A stretch of DNA of 64,000 nt from Mobula hypostoma (Eukaryota): the NCBI RefSeq assembly GCF_963921235.1, contig NC_086101.1, positions 12,092,001 to 12,156,000 of the forward strand. Direction: 5' to 3'. The position numbers and the translations under genes are program-made. Of this stretch, positions 1-13,495 are shown one piece after another. Numbering within the stretch: position 1 is the stretch's first letter; every line of letters starts with the position of its first letter. The notes under the pieces are model-generated. The model saw only the letters and a list, made by a program, of their open reading frames with translations, did no database searches and was not told the DNA's origin.

Positions 1-96
1 CGAACATATTCCTACCTTAGAAATTACTCGGCTCACCCATAGCCCTCTATTTTTCTAAACTCCATGTACCTATCCAAAAGTCTGTTAAAAGACTTT

Positions 97-510
97 TACA
101 AATCAGTACCCACGAATTAACAGACGGTACACCACATGCAATTAAACGATTTAGCTTTACAATTCTTAATTTGTCTGCAGGGTGAGTGAAGAAAATGCAA
201 AAAAAGAAAATGGCCCATTTTAATCAATGTGTCTAATGTGCACAAGTTGGAGCTCACGGTTTCCCCTTCGCAGATCCTCCAGTCCCCCCAGCCTTCGTCG
301 GGTCATGGCCCCGCTCTGGCATCTTCTCTCTTCATCTGGGTCTTTCCTTCCCGCTGAACAAAAGACCCAGATCACCCTGGTGTCAGGCACACAGCACGAA
401 AACACCCTCCGGTCATTGGACGGCTCACATTCCAAAGCACCTGTTATCTCAAACCATAACCCAAACACTGACCATTACATTAGCAGTGAAACCTTTCCCA
501 GGGTGTTACA
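97..510. mobile_element. Partial LTR-like repeat (related piece at 34426-34650)
   Basis: Ends CCAGGGTGTTACA; the other piece begins TGAAACACCCTGG, giving TG...CA inverted termini; both share a caattaaa...tcttaa core. Confidence 0.45.
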
Positions 511-844
511 CAGACTCACAACTTGTACGATATGCGAGGTGATCAGCCTCAGGGTTGTGGGTCTCTTTGTGCTCTGACTCCCAGACTGGGGGAGGGGGAG
601 GTTTCTCCTGTCTGAGTGTCAGTACTGGTTATCTAGTTTTTATTTAGAGATGGGGAGCACGAACAGGACCTTTCAGCCCAATGTGCAGAATTACACCCAG
701 GGTTTGGTGCAGGAGATCTGCTTTATTTATCACATATTCATGGCAACATGCAGTGAAACTCGTCATTTTGCATGAGCAATCAACGCAGTTTGAGGATGTG
801 CTAGGGCAGCCCACGGGTGTTGCCGTGCTTCGAGCCCCAACGTA

Positions 845-1323
845 TAAGGGGTGATTGATAAGTTTGTGGCCTAAGGTAGAAGGAGTCAATTTTAGAAAAC
901 CTAGCACATTTATTTTTCCTACATTTACACACTTAGTCCAGCGGTCATGGAGCATATGGGTCCCTTCTTTGTAGAAGTTGGCATCTTGATTGATACGTTT
1001 GTGGATTAAGGTAGAAGGAGATGAGTTATTAACTTCAAACTTTCTGCATTTTCACTCAAAGAGTTGAACTGCACGTGCATGTAACGAGAGCTGTATAACT
1101 CATCTCCTTCTACCTTGGGCCATGAACTTATCAATCACCCCTGTGGACCACTTCTGGAGGTCCAAGACGCCGACTTCTACAAAGAAGGGATCCATATGCT
1201 CCACGACCGCTGGACTAAGTGTGGGAGTGGGGGGGGGGGGAACTATATTGAAAAATAAATATGCCAGGTTTTCTAAAATTGATTCCTCCTACCTTAGGCC
1301 ACAAACTTATCAATCGCCCCTTG
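845..1323. mobile_element. Mariner-type palindromic MITE
   Basis: ~150-bp terminal inverted repeats (aggggtgattgataagtttgtggcctaagg...) flanked by TA at 843-844 and 1324-1325. Confidence 0.85.
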
Positions 1324-1449
1324 TAGCACGTCCACGATTTACCAACCTTAAGTCTTTAGAATGTGGAGGGGAAACTGGAGCACCCGGAGGAAACCCATAT
1401 GGACAAACTCCTTACATTTGCAGAAACTGTTTTAAATAGTGTTTGATTA

Positions 1450-3860
1450 CATCGTTGGAGTCATACAACACTACAGCACAGAAACAGACTCGTCAGTCGA
1501 TCTAGTCTGTGCCGAACTATTGATTGCCTAGTCCCATCGACCGGCACCTGGACCATAGCCCTCCATACTCATCCAGTCCACATGCCTGTCCAATTTCCTC
1601 TTAAATGTTCGAATTGAATCTGAATCCACCGCTTATGGTGGCAACTTGTTCCACCCTCTGATTGAAGAAATCTCCCTTCATGTTCCCCTTAAATACTATC
1701 TATAACCCCCATAACTTGTATACCTCTATCAAATTTCCCCTCAGTCCCCTACGCTCTTGGAAATAAAGTTCTAACTTATTCAACATTTCCCTATAGCTCA
1801 GATCCTCAAGTCCTGGCAACATCCATGTAAGTTTTCTCTAATTGAAAATCTTTCTTGTAGATGGGTCGGTAAAACTGCACACAATTCACCAAATTTGGCC
1901 TCGCCATCATCTTGTGCAACTTCAACGTAATATCCTAATTACTATACTCAATACTTGGATTTCCAAAGGTCAATGTGCCAAAAGCTCTTTTTACAACCCT
2001 ATCTACTTGTGACACAACTTTCATACAATTATGAATCTGTATTCCTAGATCCCTCTTCTACAGCACTCTTCAGTGCCCTGCCATTCACTATGTAAGACCT
2101 ACCCTGGTTTGTCCTCCTAAAGTGTAACACCTCACATTAAATTCCACTGGCCATTTTCAACCTATTTTTCCAGCAGGTGCAGGTCCAGATCCTGCTGAAA
2201 GCTTCAACAGTCTTCCTTGCTGTCCACTACACGCCCAATCTTGGAGTAATCTGCATATTTGCTGATCTAGTTTAGAACTCCATTTCCCAGATCATTGAAA
2301 TAGATGACAAACAGCAAAGGATCCAACACTAGTCACGGGCCTCCAGTCAAAGAGGCAACCATCTACTACCATTCTCTGCTTCTCCCACGAAATCAATGTC
2401 TAATCCAATTTACTACCTCATCCTGAAGGCCGAGCGACTGAACATTCATGACCGATCTCCCATGTGGGACCTCATCAAAGGCCTTGCTAAAGTCCATGTA
2501 GACGACATACACTGCCCTGCTTTCATCAACTTCCTGATAAAAACTCTATAAAATTGATTAGACATAACCTACCATGCACAAAGCAATGCTGACTCTCCCT
2601 AATCAACTGCAGGCACTATGGCGCACAAAGTTGTTACAACTTGGGGCATCAAAGCTCAGTAGGCAAGCTCTTCAGTCTGTCTTGTCTGTGCAACAGCATG
2701 ACATTTTCCCTGACTAGTAGTCCCACCCATTCCCCCTTTAGTATTTCCAGCTCTATCACGTATTAAACAGTGGAAACCCAGAATATTGAGCCGCAACCAA
2801 GCCTCACTGATGACTACAACAGCACAATTCCATGCGCTGATCCATGCCCTAAACTCATGCATCGTTCCTACAATAAATATGTCTTGCATTGAAATATAGA
2901 CATCTTAGTCCCACCATGCTCAACCTTTTGGTGCCTGTCCATGTCTGTAAGCTTAACAACATATTTCCCCACAACTTCTCCACTATCTGTTCTGGTGCTC
3001 TAGTTCCCATCCCACTGCAGCTGTAGTTTAAACTCCCCTGTGCAGCACTAGCAAACCTTCCTGCAAGGATATTAGTCCCCCTCAAGTTCAGGTGCAAACA
3101 GTCACTTCTGTACAGGTCCCAGCTTCTCTGAAAGAGAGCCCTATGATCCAAAAATCTGAAGCCCTCCCTCCTGCACGATCTCCTTAGTCACGTGCTGAAC
3201 TGTATAATCTTCCTATTTTTAGCCTCACAAGCATGTGGCACGGGTAGCAACCCTGAGATCACAATCCTGCAGGTCTTGTCCTTTAATTGAGCACCCAACT
3301 CCCTGAACTCACTTCACAAGACCTCACCACACTTCTTATCTGTATCATTGATACCGCTATGAGCCATGACCTCAAGCTGTTCACCCTCCTACTTACAAGT
3401 GCTGTGGATTCAATCCGGGATGTCCCTGACCCTGTCACCCAGCAGGTAACATATCCTCTGGGAATCTCGTTCTCGTCAACAGAACCTCCTATCTGTTCCT
3501 CTCGCCATTGAATCCCCTATCACTGGAGTTTGCCTCTTTTCCCCACCCTCATTTCCCTTTTGAGCCACAGAGCCAGACTCACTGCCAGAGACCTGACCAC
3601 TTTGGCTTTCCTCCGCTAAGTTGATCCCCCACCCCTGCCCAGCAGTACACCTGTAATTGAGGTGAATGGACACAGGTGTATTCTGCACTGGCTGCCTATT
3701 TCTTTTCCCTTCCAGACGGTCACCCAGTTACCGGTGTCTTGCAGCTTGGTGTAACTGCCTCCATGTACCTGCCATTGATCAACCCTTCAGCCTCCTGAAT
3801 GATCTGGAGTTCATCCAGTTCCAGCACCAACTCTTTAATGTGGAGTGTTTGAAGCTGCTA
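1450..3860 (-). mobile_element. Old degenerate CR1 remnants (RT, endonuclease and esterase ORF1 pieces)
   Basis: LHLNLRGTNILAGRF and VIGDSMARGTDRRFC fragments plus RT-like DNA. Confidence 0.75.
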
Positions 3861-4629
3861 CTGGGTGCAATTGGAATCAGAGATACAAAACACTACAACA
3901 CAGAAGCAGGCTCTTCAGCCCATCTGGTCCATGTCAAACCATTGATCTGGCTAGTCACATTAACAAGCATCCAGACCAGAGTCCTTCATACACCTTCTAT
4001 CCAGGTGCCTATCCAAACCTCTCTTAAATGTAGAAATCGATCCTGTGTCCACAACTTCTGCTGGCAGCTCGTTCCACGCTTCTCCTCATGTTCTTCTTAA
4101 ACATTTTGTGTTTCACCCTTAACCCACGACCTCTGGTTCAAGTGTCACCCAACCCGGCTTCACCTATCACCCTATAGCTGGTCCTTCTTCTCCCCCTACA
4201 ACCTTTCCATTCTGGCATCTTCCCCTCTCATTGTCAGTCCTGATGAAGAGTCTCGGCGTGAAACCGTCTGTCGTGACTGTGAACGAAGTCGCCAGAGAGA
4301 CGCAGCCGGTAGATATAAAAGTCTTTATTTGGGACAGACGGAAGCTGGCAGTCTTTGGAGTCACTCAAGAGAGAAAGGCTTCCCGACTCAATATTACAGC
4401 ACATTTTTATATGGTAAAGAACAAATGTAACAGGGCAATTTCTATTGTTGCAATGCTTCTTTTGAGTTGCATGTAAAGTTTCAAATACTTTGGTCTTCCC
4501 ACCAACACACCCAGAATGAGTCTTCATTACCATTGTCTCTTGAGTCGTATTTATGCCTTTGCAGACATCTCAGGTCAATTGGGTGTTTCCAGATCTGCTA
4601 TTTACCCTAAAATGCAGCTCCAGGAAGAC

Positions 4630-4920
4630 CATAGGATACAGGGAAGGAGCAGGGGACCCAGGGCAAGGTGTTGGGCAGGTGAGAAAAGGTAAGAGGTCTG
4701 AATGGGGAATAGAAGACGAGGGGAGGGGGAGGGAATTCTTTTTACTGGAAGGAGAAATCGATATTCATGTCATTGGGCTGGAGGCTACTCAGATGGAATA
4801 TAAGATGTTGCTCCTCCACCCTGAGGGTGGCCTCATTGTGGCACAAGAAGAGGCCATGGACCGATATGACAGAGCCACGACTCCCCACTCTAACACTGAC
4901 CCACTCACTCAATGGCCGCT
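4630..4920 (-). mobile_element. Penelope-like 3' fragment
   Basis: ORF 4742-4927 reads SVHGLFLCHNEATLRVEEQHLIFHLSSLQPNDMNIDFS, matching the PLE C-terminus. Confidence 0.85.
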
Positions 4921-6614
4921 CCCACAATGACCACTCAGCTTAGATCATAAGAACTCGGAGCAGGAGTAGGCCAGCCTGCCCCGCCATTCAATAAGATCAT
5001 GGCTGATCTGTCCGTAAACTCAGCTCTGTCTACCTGCCTTTTCCCCATAACCCTTAATTCCCTTACTATGTAAAAACCTATCTAACTGTTTCTTAACTAT
5101 ATTCAGTGAAGAAGCCTTAAATGCTGCCCTGGGCAGAGAATTCCGCAGATTCAACACTCTCTGGGAAAAATAGTTTCTCCTCATCTCCGTCCTAAATCTT
5201 CTCCACTGAATCTTGAACCATTTTATTGGCCTAATTACAGACAATCCAATGTCTCAACGCAATATGTGTTGTGCAGAACACCCATGCAGCCCCCTGGGGT
5301 GGATCACCACTACAATAATTGAGGGGCTTCCTTCCCCAACATGGTCCCTCCCTGCACAGTAGTGGATGGATTACTCTGGTCCTTCCCCTCCAAGCCCATG
5401 CAGTGGCTACACCAGGCTTCAGTGTGTCCCTCAGCACGTCCTCCTGCAGCCTAGAATGTGCCAGTCAGCAGCGTTCCCTCACAGTACACCATTCGGGTTT
5501 TTGGACAGTACACCTGGATGACAGACTTGAGTGGAGCACTAGCACAGAGGCTGTGTGCAAGAAGGGTCCCGAGTCGCCTCTATTTCCTGAGGAGACTGAG
5601 GTTCTTTGGAATATGCAGCCCTCTCCTTCACGTGTTCTAATATAAGAACTACCAGTCTGTAGTCCCCAGTGCAATCTTCTATGTGGTGATGTGCTCAGCC
5701 AGTGGCATCAACACCGGTGATGCCAACGGGCTCAATAAACTGATTAGAAAGGCTGGCTCTGTTATAGCAGTCAAACTGGACACACTGGAGGCTGTGGTAG
5801 AATAAAGGATCTACGGGAAATCCTGGCAATTCTGGACAATGTTTCTCACCCTCTGCACGCTACCTTGGCTGAACAGAGGAGCCCTTTCAGTCATAGACTA
5901 AGACCACTGTGCTGCTCCAAAGAGCGTTATATCAGGTTATTCTTACCCTCGGCCATTAGGCTCTGTAATGAGTCAACCTGTAGCCGGGGAAGTGATGACC
6001 CCCCCCCCCCGCTTCCTGTTAGACTGTTTGTGGCAACTTATTTTTTTAAATTCTCTCTACTAATATTTATATCTGTGCATTTGTAATACTACTGTAACAC
6101 TGTAATTTCTTTTGGAATCTCTCTATCTCGATGTGCTGGCTGACCGCGACGTTTCGGGCGGACCACAGGGAGTTTTTCCCTTTGTTGATAATCGGCCAGC
6201 AGTACTTAATGTGCATCACCAGCTGGAAAGTGTACTCCATCTGAGTTCAGATTAAAGATTTCTGACCCATCATTTTATCCCCCGCTTGTTACACATTCAG
6301 ATTACGTTTAGATTGTTTTTATTTATCACACGTACAGTGCCCCTGTTTGCCGCGTTTTTCGTTTGCTATACAGGTAATTAAGGAAGCACCTAATACCTCT
6401 CTCCCCACTGGACAAGCAATTTCCTCGCCTCATTAGATACTTTAGTGGTCATTGCATCTCAATTACTCTTCTCGGGTGACGTTTTACATTAAAATAGATC
6501 AGCCAATACCCCCATTCTACTGCGAACAAGACTTCTCTTCACGTCCTCCATTCTAAATCATCCCTCTTCTTCCGCAGGATTTAAAAGCTGTGGAAGTCTG
6601 ACCGGAATGAGAGA

Positions 6615-6745
6615 TCTACATTTCCATAATGCCTTTAAAACCGCAGGATGTTCCCAAGAATGTTTTAATCGTGGCCAGCGTTGTAAGGTAGGAAAGACAG
6701 CGGGCAATCGTCGCACAATATCAGTGAAATGCGAGCAGAAGTGCG
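6615..6745 (-). mobile_element. Ancient Deu-domain SINE fragment (SacSINE1/AmnSINE1-like)
   Basis: cattt..ataatgccttt...caggatgttcccaag...gttgtaaggtaggaaagacagcgggcaat..gcaca resembles my recollection of the reverse Deu domain. Confidence 0.5.
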
Positions 6746-7218
6746 CTGGTCAGCCCGTCAAGCCTGCTGTGCTGTTCATAAGAATATTTTCTTATGCGTC
6801 GCCTAATTACACCCATGTGACCAATTACCTATCAGACCATAAAACGAGGGAGCAAATTAGGCGATTCGGCCCACCAGGTCTGGTCTGCCATTCTACCGTG
6901 GCTGATTTATTACCCCTCTCAACCCCATTCTCCTGTCTTCTGCCGGTAACCTTTCACACGCTGACTAACCAAGAACTTATCAACCTCTGTTTTAAATGCA
7001 CTCAATGACTTGGCCTCAGCCGCACCTGGCAATGAATTCCACAGATTAACCAGCATCTGGCTAAAGAAATTTCCGTCTCATCTCTGCTCTAAATGGACGT
7101 CCCTCTATTCTGAGGCTGCGTCCCCTGGTTCTGGACTCTCCCACTATAGGAAACATCCTCTCCACATCCACTCTATTCCAGGCCTTTTAATATTCGATGG
7201 GTGTCAGTTCTATATCTT

Positions 7219-7279
7219 CCCCCCCCCCCCGCCTCCACCTCCACCTCCACCTCCACCTCCACCTCCACCTCCACCTCCA
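7219..7279. repeat. Poly-C plus (CCACCT)n microsatellite
   Basis: Directly visible in the sequence. Confidence 0.9.
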
Positions 7280-7489
7280 TTCCTCTAAACTCCAGCGAGT
7301 ACAGCCCCAAAGCCATCAAGAGCGTCTCATACATTAACCCATTCATTGCCAGAACCATTCTTTTACTGGCATAATTTACATATTACTGTTTAACTATTTA
7401 TGGTTCTATTACTATTTATTATTTATGGTGCAACTGTAACGAAAACCAATTTACCCCGGTATCAATAAAATATGACTATGACTTATGAC

Positions 7490-9680
7490 ATAGAAACATA
7501 GAAACATAGAAAATAGGTGCAGGGGTAGGCCATTCGGCCCTTTGAGCCTGCACCGCCATTTATTATGATCATGGCTGATCATCCAACTCAGAACCCAGCC
7601 TTCCCTCCATACCCCCTGACCCCTGTAGCCACAAGGGCCATATCTAACTCCCTCTTAAACATAGCCAATGAACTGGCCTCAACAGTTTCCTGTGGCAGAG
7701 AATTCCACAGATTCACCACTCTCTGTGTGAAGAAGTTTTTCCTAATCTCGGTCCTAAAAGGCTTCCCCTCTATCCTCAAACTGTGACCCCTCGTTCTGGA
7801 CTTCCCAACATCGGGAACAATCTTCCTGCATCTGGCCTGTCCAATCCCTTTAGGATTTTATACGTTTCATGCTGACTTTGTCCGATCATTTCACCACTTT
7901 CCAAATGTGCTGTTATCACATCCTTGATAACTGACTCCAGCAGTTTCCCCACCACCGACGTTAGGCTAACCGGTCTATAATTCCCCGGTTTCTCTCTCCC
8001 TCCTTTTTTAAAAAGTGGGGTTACATTAGCCACCCTCCAATCCTCAGGAACTAGTCCAGAATCTAACGAGTTTTGAAAAATTATCACTAATGCATCCACT
8101 ATTTCTTGGGCTACTTCCTTAAACACTCTAGGATGCAGACCATCTGGCCCTGGGGATTTATCTGCCTTCAATCCCTTCAATTTACCTAACACCACTTCCC
8201 TACTAACATGTATTTCACTCAGTTCCTCCATCTCACTGGACCCTCTGTCCCTTACTATTTCTGGAAGATTATTTATGTCCTCCTTAGTGAAGACAGAACC
8301 AAAGTAATTACTCAATTGGTCTGCCATGTCCTTGCTCCCCATAATCAATTCACCTGTTTCTGTCTGCAGGGGACCTACATTTGTCTTTACCAGTCTTTTC
8401 CTTTTTACATATCTATAAAAGCTTTTACAGTCCGTTTTTATGTTCCCCGCCAGTTTTCTCTCATAATCTTTTTTCCCCTTCCTAATTAAGCTCTTTGTCC
8501 TCCTCTGCTGAACTCTGAATTTCTCCCAGTCCTCAGGTGAGCCACTTTCTCTGGCTAATTTGTATGCTACTTCTTTGGAATTGATACTATCCCTAATTTC
8601 TCTTGTCAGCCACGGGTGCACTACCTTCCTTGATTTATTCTTTTGCCAAACTGGGATGAACAATTGTTGTAGTTCATCCATGCAACCTTTAAATGCTTGC
8701 CATTGCATATCCACCGTCAATCCTTTAAGTGTCATTTGCCAGTCTATCTTAGCTAATTCACGTCTCATACCTTCAAAGTTACCCCTCTTTAAGTTCAGAA
8801 CCTTTGTTTCTGAATTAACTATCTCACCCTCCATCTTAATGAAGAATTCCACCATATTATGGTCACTCTTACCCAAGGGGCTTCTCACGACAAGATCGCT
8901 AATTAACCCTTCCTCATTGCTCAAAACCCAGTCCAGAATAGCCTGCTCTCTAGTTGGTTCCTCGACATGTTGGTTCAAAAAACCATCCCGCATACATTCC
9001 AAGAAATCCTCTTCCTCGGCACCTTTACCAATTTGGTTCACCCAGTCTACATGTAGATTGAAGTCACCCATTATAACTGCTGTTCCTTTATTGCACACAT
9101 TTCTAATTTCCTGTTTAATACCATCTCCGACCTCACTACTACTGTTAGGTGGCCTGTACACAACTCCCACCAGCGTCTTCTGCCCCTTAGTGTTACGCAG
9201 CTCTACCCATATCGATTCCACATCTTCCCGGCTTATGTCCTTCCTTTCTATTGTGTTAATCTCTTCTTTAACCAGCAACGCCACCTCACCTCCCCTTCCT
9301 TCATGTCTGTCCCTCCTGAATATTGAATATCCCTGAACGTTGAGCTCCCATCCCTGGTCACCCTGGAGCCATATCTCTGTGATCCCAACTATATCATAAT
9401 CATTAATAACAATCTGCACTTTCAATTCATCCACCTTATTATGAATGTTCCTTGCATTGACACATAAAGCCTTCAGGCGCTCTTTTACAACTGTCTTAGC
9501 CCTTATACAATTATGTTGAAAAGTGGCCCTTTTTAATGCTTGCCCTGGATTTGTCGGCCTGCCACTTTTACTTTTCTCCTTTGTACTTTTTGCTTCTACC
9601 CTCACTTTACACCCCTCTGTCTTTCTGCACTGGCTCCCATCCCCCTGTTGTGAACTAACCTCCTCACGCCTAGCCTCTTT
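7490..9680 (-). mobile_element. Young CR1 copy with an internal RT deletion (609-aa endonuclease-containing ORF, 7776-9605)
   Basis: Near-identical to the 36.6 kb and 56.8 kb copies; junction GQSQH|ETYKIL; (TTCTATGT)n tail near 7490-7510. Confidence 0.92.
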
Positions 9681-11529
9681 AATGCCAACTCATCTTTTCT
9701 TGGATAAGAGGCCCAAACCTCTTCACAATACTCCATGTGGTCTGCCCAATGCCTTATAAAGTCTTAACATCACATCCTTGCTCTTGCATTCTAAATGAAA
9801 TGAATGCTAACATTGCATTTAACTTCCTCGCCACTGACTCAACCCGCAAGCTAACCTTTAGGAAATCCTGCACAAGTACTCTCAAGTCCTTTGAACTCTG
9901 ATTTGTGGATTTTCTCTCTGTTTAGAAAATAGTCTACCAAAGTGCATGACCATACACTTTCCTACACTGTATTCCATTCACCACTTCTTCCAATCTGTCC
10001 AAGTCCTTCTGCAGACACCCTATTTCCTCAGTACTACCGTCACCTCCATCTGTCTTCATATCATCTGCAAGGTTGGCCACAAAGCCATCAATTCCATCAT
10101 CCGAATTGTTGACATGTATATCATGAAAAGAAGCAGTCCCAACACCAGCCCCTGTAAAACATCATGAGTCACCAGCTGCCCACCAGAACAGGACCCCCCC
10201 CCCTTATTTTGACTCTTTGCCTCCTGCCAATCAGTTCTGAAGAAGGGTTTCAGCCCAAAACAGTGACTGTTTATTCATTTCTGTAGATGCTGCCTGACCT
10301 GCTGAGTTCCTCCAGCATTTTGTGTATCTTGGGAATGTGGGAGGAAACTGGAGAATGCAGGGGAAACCCCGTAGTCACAGGGAGTACCTATTAACGCCTT
10401 ACCGACAATGGCAGAATGGAACCCAGTCTCTGGTATATAATACTGTCACGCCTACTGCTACACTACCGCACCACCATCCTCCCACCACTATCTCCAGCCC
10501 TGTGGCTCCTTGAGACCAGTGCTTCAGGTACATATCAATGTCATTTGCTTACAACAACATGGGCCATTCACCCCACAAGTTCCATGCTCGATCTCCTCAG
10601 AGCAATCCCAGCAGTGCCATCCTCCACCACAAGTGTTTCCTCTTGTCACGTGCTTACAACCAAGGGCCAACTAAAGTTCAGACTGATTTGTCACATGTAT
10701 ATCAAACCATCAAATCGTTCATTGAAAGAGTCTCCACATTTCCAGCACCAACATAACGTGCTCGCAACTCACTAACCTTCACCCGTACGTCTTTGGAGTG
10801 TGGGAGGAAACCGAGCACCCTGAGGAGATACATGTGTTCGAACTCATTACAGAATCGAACTCTGGCCAGTGATTGCCGGTGTTGAACTTTGACCAGTGAT
10901 TGCACTAACACTATCGTGCTGCACTACCAGGTTTGTGGTGAAACTGCAGCGGCCAGAGAAAGCCAAGGTCACCATTGAACCTGGCACCCTGGGGTTCTGT
11001 GTCAGCAGCCCCAGCTCCCGGGATCACAGTGTCCTGGGGTCGACACCCACTGGGCAGCAAAGTGCAGAGGGCAAAGCCCTGGGTCAAAGGCCAGAGTTCA
11101 GAGGCAGAAGACTGAAGGTCAAAGACTAAAGTTTGCAAATTCAAAGTCAGAGCTCCAGGGTCAGTTTATCTGGAGGTCAGGGATCCAATGCCTTCAAATC
11201 TGGGAGACTGGAGACAGGTGGTTGTCTGTCCTGGGACTGGAGGGCTGTCTGTCTGAGTGGGTGGGAAAGGGCTTGCTTTGCTGGTGTTGTCTTGTTTTTG
11301 GTTGCTGGTGTTGTTGCTGCAGCTTGTGTTGTTCCGCTGAACACCGTGGACACGTGGTGCTGGTGCTGGGATGTGTGGCCACAGTTGCTGGTTGCCCCGG
11401 GCACATCCGTGGGTGTGTTGGTTGTTAAATACGTAAACCTTTTCACTGTACATTTCGATATAGATCTGATAAATAAATCTGAATCTGAAATAAATTTCTT
11501 AGTGTAACTTATGATAATCACCTATACAA

Positions 11530-12680
11530 TCACCTATGTCAGGATGCTGTTCATCGACTATAGCTCAGCATTCAACACCATCATTCCCACAATCCTGATT
11601 GAGAGGTTACAGAACCTGGGCCTCTACCTCCCTCTGCAATTGGAAGACCGCAATCTGTGCGGATTGGTGATAATATCTCCTCCTCGCTGACGATCAACAC
11701 TATCGGGGTGTGTGCTTAACCCGCTGCTCGACTCTCTCTATACCCATGACTGTGTGGCTAGGCATAGCTCAATACCATCTATAAATTTGCTGATGATACA
11801 ACCATTGTTGGTAGAATCTCAGATGAAGATGAGAGGGCGCACAGGAGTGAGATATACCAACTAGTGGAATGGTGTCACAGCAAAAACCTTGTACTCAACG
11901 TCAGTAAGACGAAAGAGCTGATTGTGGACTTAAGGAAGGGTAAGATGAAGGAACGCATACCAATCCTCATAGAGCGATCAGAAGTGGAGAGAGTGAGCAG
12001 TTTCATGTTTCTGGGTGTCAAGATCTCTTGAGAACCTAACCTAGTCCCAACATATCAATGCAGCTACAAAGAAGGCAAGACAGCGACTATACTTCATTAG
12101 GGGTTTGAAGAGATTTGGTAGGTTAACAAAAACACTTAGAAACTTCTATAGATGTACTGTGGAGAGCATTCTGACAGGCTGGATCACTGTCTGGTATGGG
12201 GGGATTACTTGACAGGACTGAAAGAAGCTGCAGAGGGTTGTAAATTTAGTCGGCTCCATCTTGGGTACTGGCCTACAAAATACCCAGGACATCTTCAAGG
12301 AGCGATGTCTCAGAAAGGCAGCCTCCATTTTTAAGGACCTCCAGCACCCAGAGCATGCCCTTTTCTCACTGTTACCATCAGACAGGAGGTACAGAAGCCT
12401 GAAGGCACACACTCAGTGATTCAGGAACAGCTTCTTCCCCTCTGCCATCCGATTCCTAAATGGACATTGAACCCGTGAACATTCCCTCACTTTTAAAATA
12501 TATATATATTATTTCTGTTTTTGCACGATTTTTAATCTATTCATTATACATATACTGTAATTAATTTATTTGTTATTATTATTTTTTCTTCTATATTATG
12601 TATTGCATTGAACTGCTGCTGCTAAGTTAACAAATTTCACAATGCATGCCAGTATAACAAACGTGATTCTGATTCTGAAT
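11530..12680 (+). mobile_element. Rex/Babar-type LINE 3' fragment (relatives near 5440-6115, 41830-43590, 44050-44630 and 47950-48585)
   Basis: [14 protein letters not shown] and KFADDTT in broken frames; (ATTCTG)n tail. Confidence 0.8.
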
Positions 12681-12974
12681 AATTTTTAAAAGTTTATTTC
12701 ACTGTATATAATACATCATAGGATATAGGAGCAGAATTAGGCCACTCAGCCCATCAAGTCAACTTCAGCATTCCATAATGGCTGCTATATTACTCCCCTC
12801 GACCCCATTTCCCTGCCTTCTCCCAGTAATCTTTAATGCCCTGACTAATGAAGAACCTATCAACCTCCACTTTAAACATACCCAATGGTGTGGCCTCCAT
12901 AGCCATCTGCGGCAATGAATTCAATGGATTCACCTCCCTCTAGCCAAAGAAATTCCTTCTCATCTCTATTCTAC

Positions 12975-13495
12975 TTTCCATTCTCATTCTGACGTGTCAG
13001 TCAATGGCTTCCTCTTCTGCCGCAGTGAGGCCACACTCAGGAGCATCATCTTATATTCTGTCTGGATAGCCTCCAACTTGATGGCATGAACATCGATTTC
13101 TCAAACTTCAGGCAATGTCTCCCAAACCCCACCCTCTCCTTCACCATTCCCCAATCCCTCTTCTCTCTCCCACCTTATCTCCTTACCTGCCCATCACCTC
13201 GCTCTGGCACTCCTCCCCTTCCTTTTCTTCCACGGCCTCTGTCCTCTCCGAACAGATCCCCTTTCTCCAGCCCTTTATCTCTTTCACCATTCAGCTTCCC
13301 AGCTCTTTACTTCACCCCTCCCCCTCTCCCGGTTTCACCTATCACCTACTTCGTATTTCTTCCTCCCCTCCACGCACCTTCTTATTCTGACTTCTCATCT
13401 TTTTTCTCCAGTCCTGATGAAGGAACTCAGCCTGAAACATCGACTGTTTACTCTCTTTGCCTGGCCTGCTGAGTTCTCCAGCATCTTGTGTGTTT
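12975..13495 (+). mobile_element. Penelope-like 3' fragment (endonuclease tail plus pseudo-LTR)
   Basis: Degenerate HSDMS...SLQ.DGMNIDFSNFR, a pyrimidine-rich tract and a hammerhead, collinear with 63290-63800. Confidence 0.85.
13410..13445 (+). ncRNA. Hammerhead motif in an older Penelope-like fragment
   Basis: AGTC-CTGATGA-AGGAACTCAGCCT-GAAAC-ATC-GACT. Confidence 0.7.

Noticed and set aside
4280..4625. TATA-like or polyA-like signals of a second gene
   Set aside because: They are isolated short motifs between Penelope fragments with no supporting exon or recognisable ORF.
7010..7358. Polyproline and (VE)n ORFs
   Set aside because: They are translations of a (CCACCT)n microsatellite inside a decayed CR1.
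8560..9336. 258-aa plus-strand ORF and similar antisense ORFs at 38206, 39780 and 57293
   Set aside because: These are shadow frames of CR1 ORF2 and recur only because the element recurs.
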